DNA from: a bacterium
GTDB lineage: Bacteria; Muiribacteriota; UBA6191
DNA length: 49,624 nucleotides
Direction of reading: 5' to 3'
Assembly (NCBI GenBank): GCA_036339875.1
Contig: JAYZAC010000156.1
Coordinates: 1-49,624, forward strand
Shown here piece by piece: positions 46,226 to 49,624 of the stretch (its first letter is position 1; each line of letters begins with the position of its first letter). Position numbers and translations under genes: made by a program. The notes under the pieces were generated by a model. It searched no databases. It was given only the letters and a program-made list of their open reading frames with translations, and was not told the origin of the DNA.

Positions 46226-48292
46226 GTGAACATTCAAAAATTCAAACTTGGCTCATTAACTAGAAATCTGAGTCTTGGAACAAAAGTACTAGCTATATCA
46301 GGTTTACTACTATCATCTTCTACTTCATTCGCTGAGTGGCAGTCTTTATCTCGTGATGGCGAACAAATCGGTTTCAATGTCGTCATGGGAAAAAAAGCTA
46401 ACCAACTTGTAAACGTCACGGTACCCGGTTACGATCTTCAAAAGCGTGAGGTCAACGGCAAGACTTACACCGTGATCAGTGTACCCGAATATCCAGGTAT
46501 TACCGAGAAAGGAAACCCTGATGTTCCACGCTTATCAGCCAACTTATTAATACCCAACGGTCAGATACCCTCCATGAAGATTGTTTCTACTGATTACGTA
46601 GATATCCCTCTTGAATACCCGTTACTATCCTCTAAAGGTCATTTTACCCGAGATATTAACCCAGAGGACGTGTCGTATACATTCTCAGATACATATAAGA
46701 AAGACGAATTTTATCCAAATAAACTATTGGCCGAGGTTTCTGAGCCTTTCACCATGCACAACGTGCAAGGGGTTAATGCTAATTTCAACTTCTTTCAGTA
46801 CAACCCCGTGAAGCAAATCCTAAGAGTCTACAAGAACGTTACTCTTAGTATGGAAAATTCAGCGCCAAAACCAAATCAGAGAGTTAGTAAAACTATCGTA
46901 CCTTCCTTCCTAGGTAGTACGTTATCCAGAAGTTTCATCAACTTTGGTTTAATGCAGGAACCTCTAGACCTTCATATCGCTGATGAGTCTGGCAGCATGT
47001 TAGTCATCTGTTTCGATGATTTTGCAGAGGCCGCCAAACCATGGGTTGATTGGAAGAAGAAGAGCGGTATACCCGTAAAATTTGTTAAGTTCAGTGAAGT
47101 CGGGAGCACTGCTGCAGATATCAAGGCTTATGTTCAAGAGGAATTCGACAAGGGCGGACTCAGCTTCCTACATTTGATTGGTGATGTGGAACAAATACCT
47201 ACCCTGCGTGGTACGGTGGAGAGAGCTCATTCTGATCAAACCTATGGCTTATTGGCTGGCGATGACTGGTTTCTAGATATCGTTGTATCTAGATTTTCAG
47301 CGAAAACGGCTGAAAAAGTAGCATTACAAGTTGACAAAACAATTAAGTATGAAAGTGCACCAGATACAGGTGACAATGCATCATGGTATAAGAAGGGTGT
47401 AGGGATAGCATCCAACGAGGGAAATCCAAAGGACTGGGATTATGCTAATACGATTCGCGATGGTCTGATGGAATTCACTTATGATGAAGTGGACCAGATT
47501 TATGATCCAACTGCAACAGATCAGATGGTAACAGACGCTGTCAATGATGGTCGCTCAGTAATCAACTACATTGGCCATGGTAGTAAAACCAGTTGGGTCA
47601 GTTCACGTTTTAACACTGGCGATATTGAGAATCTCGAAAATGGTCGCATGCTTCCATACATTTGGTCAGTTGCTTGTGTTAATGGTGCCTTCGCTGGCTG
47701 GGGTGAGAGTTTCGCCGAAGCTTGGTTGAATGCAGGTACTTTAGAAAACCAGCAGGGTGCCGTAGCAATCGCAGCTGCATCAACTAACATGCAGTGGGTT
47801 CCACCTTTATACTGGCAAGCAGAAGCAAATTTGGTTCTTCTAGTGAATGGTACGTCAAAAACTTTTGGAGGTCTATCCGTGGGAGGTATGTCCAAAATTG
47901 CTGAAAAGTATGGACCAACTTCTCGCAGCTTCAAGATATTTGTTGAACAGACTAATAATTTTGGTGATGGTTCTGTCAAAGTACGTTATGACGCTCCTAC
48001 AGCCGTTGAAATTGAAGAAGCCAAAATGAACAATGGTAAAGTGTCTGTTAAGGTGGGCAATCCTTCAGGAGCTGACATAGGTAATCTTACTGTGACTGTT
48101 TATAATGCAAACATGAGTGTACTGCATGTAGCTAAGACAGACACTCGTGGTGAAGCCACCTTTGATGTAGATCAGTCGGCTGGTGAATTATTCACAACCG
48201 TAACTGGTACCAACTTGGTTCCTGTAGTTGATCGTAAGGTTGATGTACAAAGTGCCAAGCGTTTAGATAAGTTCCAGCAGCTGCATAATTAG
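46226..48292 (+). CDS. Gingipain-like C25 cysteine peptidase (signal peptide, propeptide, catalytic domain, Ig-like domain)
   Basis: GNPDVP, SSKG, FQYNPV (propeptide); WKKKSG, LIGD, SDxxYG, SRFSA, INYIGHGS (His), SVACVNG (Cys). Start moved from 46172 to GTG 46226 after AAAGGA. Confidence 0.9.
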   Translation: MNIQKFKLGSLTRNLSLGTKVLAISGLLLSSSTSFAEWQSLSRDGEQIGFNVVMGKKANQLVNVTVPGYDLQKREVNGKTYTVISVPEYPGITEKGNPDVPRLSANLLIPNGQIPSMKIVSTDYVDIPLEYPLLSSKGHFTRDINPEDVSYTFSDTYKKDEFYPNKLLAEVSEPFTMHNVQGVNANFNFFQYNPVKQILRVYKNVTLSMENSAPKPNQRVSKTIVPSFLGSTLSRSFINFGLMQEPLDLHIADESGSMLVICFDDFAEAAKPWVDWKKKSGIPVKFVKFSEVGSTAADIKAYVQEEFDKGGLSFLHLIGDVEQIPTLRGTVERAHSDQTYGLLAGDDWFLDIVVSRFSAKTAEKVALQVDKTIKYESAPDTGDNASWYKKGVGIASNEGNPKDWDYANTIRDGLMEFTYDEVDQIYDPTATDQMVTDAVNDGRSVINYIGHGSKTSWVSSRFNTGDIENLENGRMLPYIWSVACVNGAFAGWGESFAEAWLNAGTLENQQGAVAIAAASTNMQWVPPLYWQAEANLVLLVNGTSKTFGGLSVGGMSKIAEKYGPTSRSFKIFVEQTNNFGDGSVKVRYDAPTAVEIEEAKMNNGKVSVKVGNPSGADIGNLTVTVYNANMSVLHVAKTDTRGEATFDVDQSAGELFTTVTGTNLVPVVDRKVDVQSAKRLDKFQQLHN

Positions 48293-48302
48293 CAGCTATA
48301 TA

Positions 48303-48381
48303 GGTGAGGGAGCTCCATTCCCTCACCGATTTTTCAACAGATCAAAGCAACCTCCGGATTTTTCCGGGGGTTGCTTTGTTT
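48303..48381. terminator. Two tandem hairpins between the convergent C25 and ettA genes
   Basis: GGTGAGGGA...TCCCTCACC followed by GATTTTT; CAAAGCAACCTCCGGA-TTTT-TCCGGGGGTTGCTTTG. Confidence 0.8.
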
Positions 48382-48400
48382 ACAGAATTCTTTTACAGAT

Positions 48401-49624
48401 CTAGCTTTTTTCTAATTTACGATACTTCTGACCCTTAGGTGTATCTCCCAGTCTGGCAACTCGATCAAGTTCATACTCGCTAAAGTTACCGTCAAAGAAG
48501 AGGGGTTCGTCATCTTCAAAAGCCAAAATATGAGTCGCTACTCGATCTAAAAACCAACGATCATGAGAAATCACAATCACGGAACCAGCAAAATGCTCAA
48601 TCGCTTCTTCGAGTGCTCTTAAAGTATTAACATCAAGATCATTGGTAGGCTCATCGAGTAAAATTACATTAGCCCCTTGCTTAAGCATTCTTGCAAGATG
48701 AACGCGGTTTCGTTCACCACCAGAAAGAACATCTACTTTCTTCTGTTGATCACTACCAGTAAAATTAAACCTCGAAACGTAAGCTCGAGAATTCATCTCT
48801 CGACTTCCTAATTGCACATTATCATGACCTTCAGAAATAACTTCCCAAATACTTTTACCTGATTCAAGTGAGTCACGACCCTGATCAACGTAAGCAAGAT
48901 CTACTGTCTCACCAATTTTAAAGGTTCCAGAATCGGGTGTATCCTGACCAGTAATCATCTTAAATAAAGTTGATTTACCTGCACCATTGGGACCAATAAC
49001 GCCTACAACAGCACCAGCTGGAATAACAAAATTCAAATCTTCATATAGAGTACGATCTCCATAAGCTTTACTTACCTTTTTACAGTCCACAACGATATCA
49101 CCAAGACGACGTCCTGGAGGAATGTAGATTTCTAAATCATCTAAACCACCCTTACCTTGTTGATTGTATAGATCTTCATATGCACTAACTCGAGCCTTCG
49201 ACTTTTTACGGCGACCTTTTGCCGAGGTGTTAATCCATTCTAATTCTTTCTTTAAGGTCTTCTGACGCTCGGATTCCTTTTTCTCTTCTTGAGCCAGACG
49301 TTTGGCCTTTTGATCAAGCCAAGAGCTGTAATTACCTTTCCATGGAATTCCCTCACCACGATCCAATTCTAAGATCCAGCCAGCAACATTATCTAAAAAG
49401 TAACGATCGTGAGTTACGGCAATAATTGTACCCTCATATCGCTTTAAATGCTGCTCGAGCCAGTGTACCGACTCGGCGTCAAGATGATTTGTAGGCTCGT
49501 CTAGTAGAAGGATAGAAGGCTTCTTTAGCAATAAACGACACAAAGCCACTCGGCGACGTTCTCCTCCGGAAAGAACTTCAATTTTTGTATCGCCTGCTGG
49601 ACAACGCATGGCATCCATTGCAAT
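48401..49624 (-). CDS. ettA: Energy-dependent translational throttle ABC-F protein, 3' part (start lies outside the window)
   Basis: [88 protein letters not shown]; frame open to the edge. Confidence 0.93.
   Translation of the reverse strand: MAMDAMRCPAGDTKIEVLSGGERRRVALCRLLLKKPSILLLDEPTNHLDAESVHWLEQHLKRYEGTIIAVTHDRYFLDNVAGWILELDRGEGIPWKGNYSSWLDQKAKRLAQEEKKESERQKTLKKELEWINTSAKGRRKKSKARVSAYEDLYNQQGKGGLDDLEIYIPPGRRLGDIVVDCKKVSKAYGDRTLYEDLNFVIPAGAVVGVIGPNGAGKSTLFKMITGQDTPDSGTFKIGETVDLAYVDQGRDSLESGKSIWEVISEGHDNVQLGSREMNSRAYVSRFNFTGSDQQKKVDVLSGGERNRVHLARMLKQGANVILLDEPTNDLDVNTLRALEEAIEHFAGSVIVISHDRWFLDRVATHILAFEDDEPLFFDGNFSEYELDRVARLGDTPKGQKYRKLEKS

Noticed and set aside
1155..48029. Numerous short ORFs (60-150 aa) in the ORF track overlapping larger genes
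   Set aside because: They lie antisense or out of frame within well-supported genes and show no recognisable motifs; treated as shadow ORFs.

Overview
Bacterial chromosomal window in three parts. (1) 1-7.4 kb: arsenic resistance genes (partial acr3, divergent from an ArsJ-associated GAPDH plus arsJ), a secreted S8 protease, a MerC-like membrane protein behind a Zur-like box, an RRM/RGG RNA-binding protein and an alkaline phosphatase. (2) 7.5-36.5 kb: a tightly packed, AT-rich block of poorly recognisable genes. It holds seven paralogous multi-pass membrane proteins with a GT-C glycosyltransferase-like N-terminus (PxPDRDS, YPxG, KHLG, SNFFP, NPLGW motifs) and 1-6 shuffled C-terminal TPR-like modules. 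These are split into arrays of 4 and 3 by two paralogous ~1100-aa secreted alpha/beta-hydrolase/helical proteins on the opposite strand. A mirror-symmetric FGE-domain / radical SAM // B12-radical SAM / FGE-domain cassette follows. This block is the best candidate for an undescribed system, most plausibly extracytoplasmic glycosylation or surface modification; that function is inferred, not shown. (3) 36.6-49.6 kb: VAT-1-like oxidoreductase, exported katG with a PerR/Fur-type box, metallophosphoesterase, a second S8 protease, icd, a gingipain-like C25 peptidase and a partial ettA. The second S8 gene and the C25 gene share a conserved upstream motif. No rRNA, tRNA, CRISPR array, transposase, integrase or reverse transcriptase was recognised.
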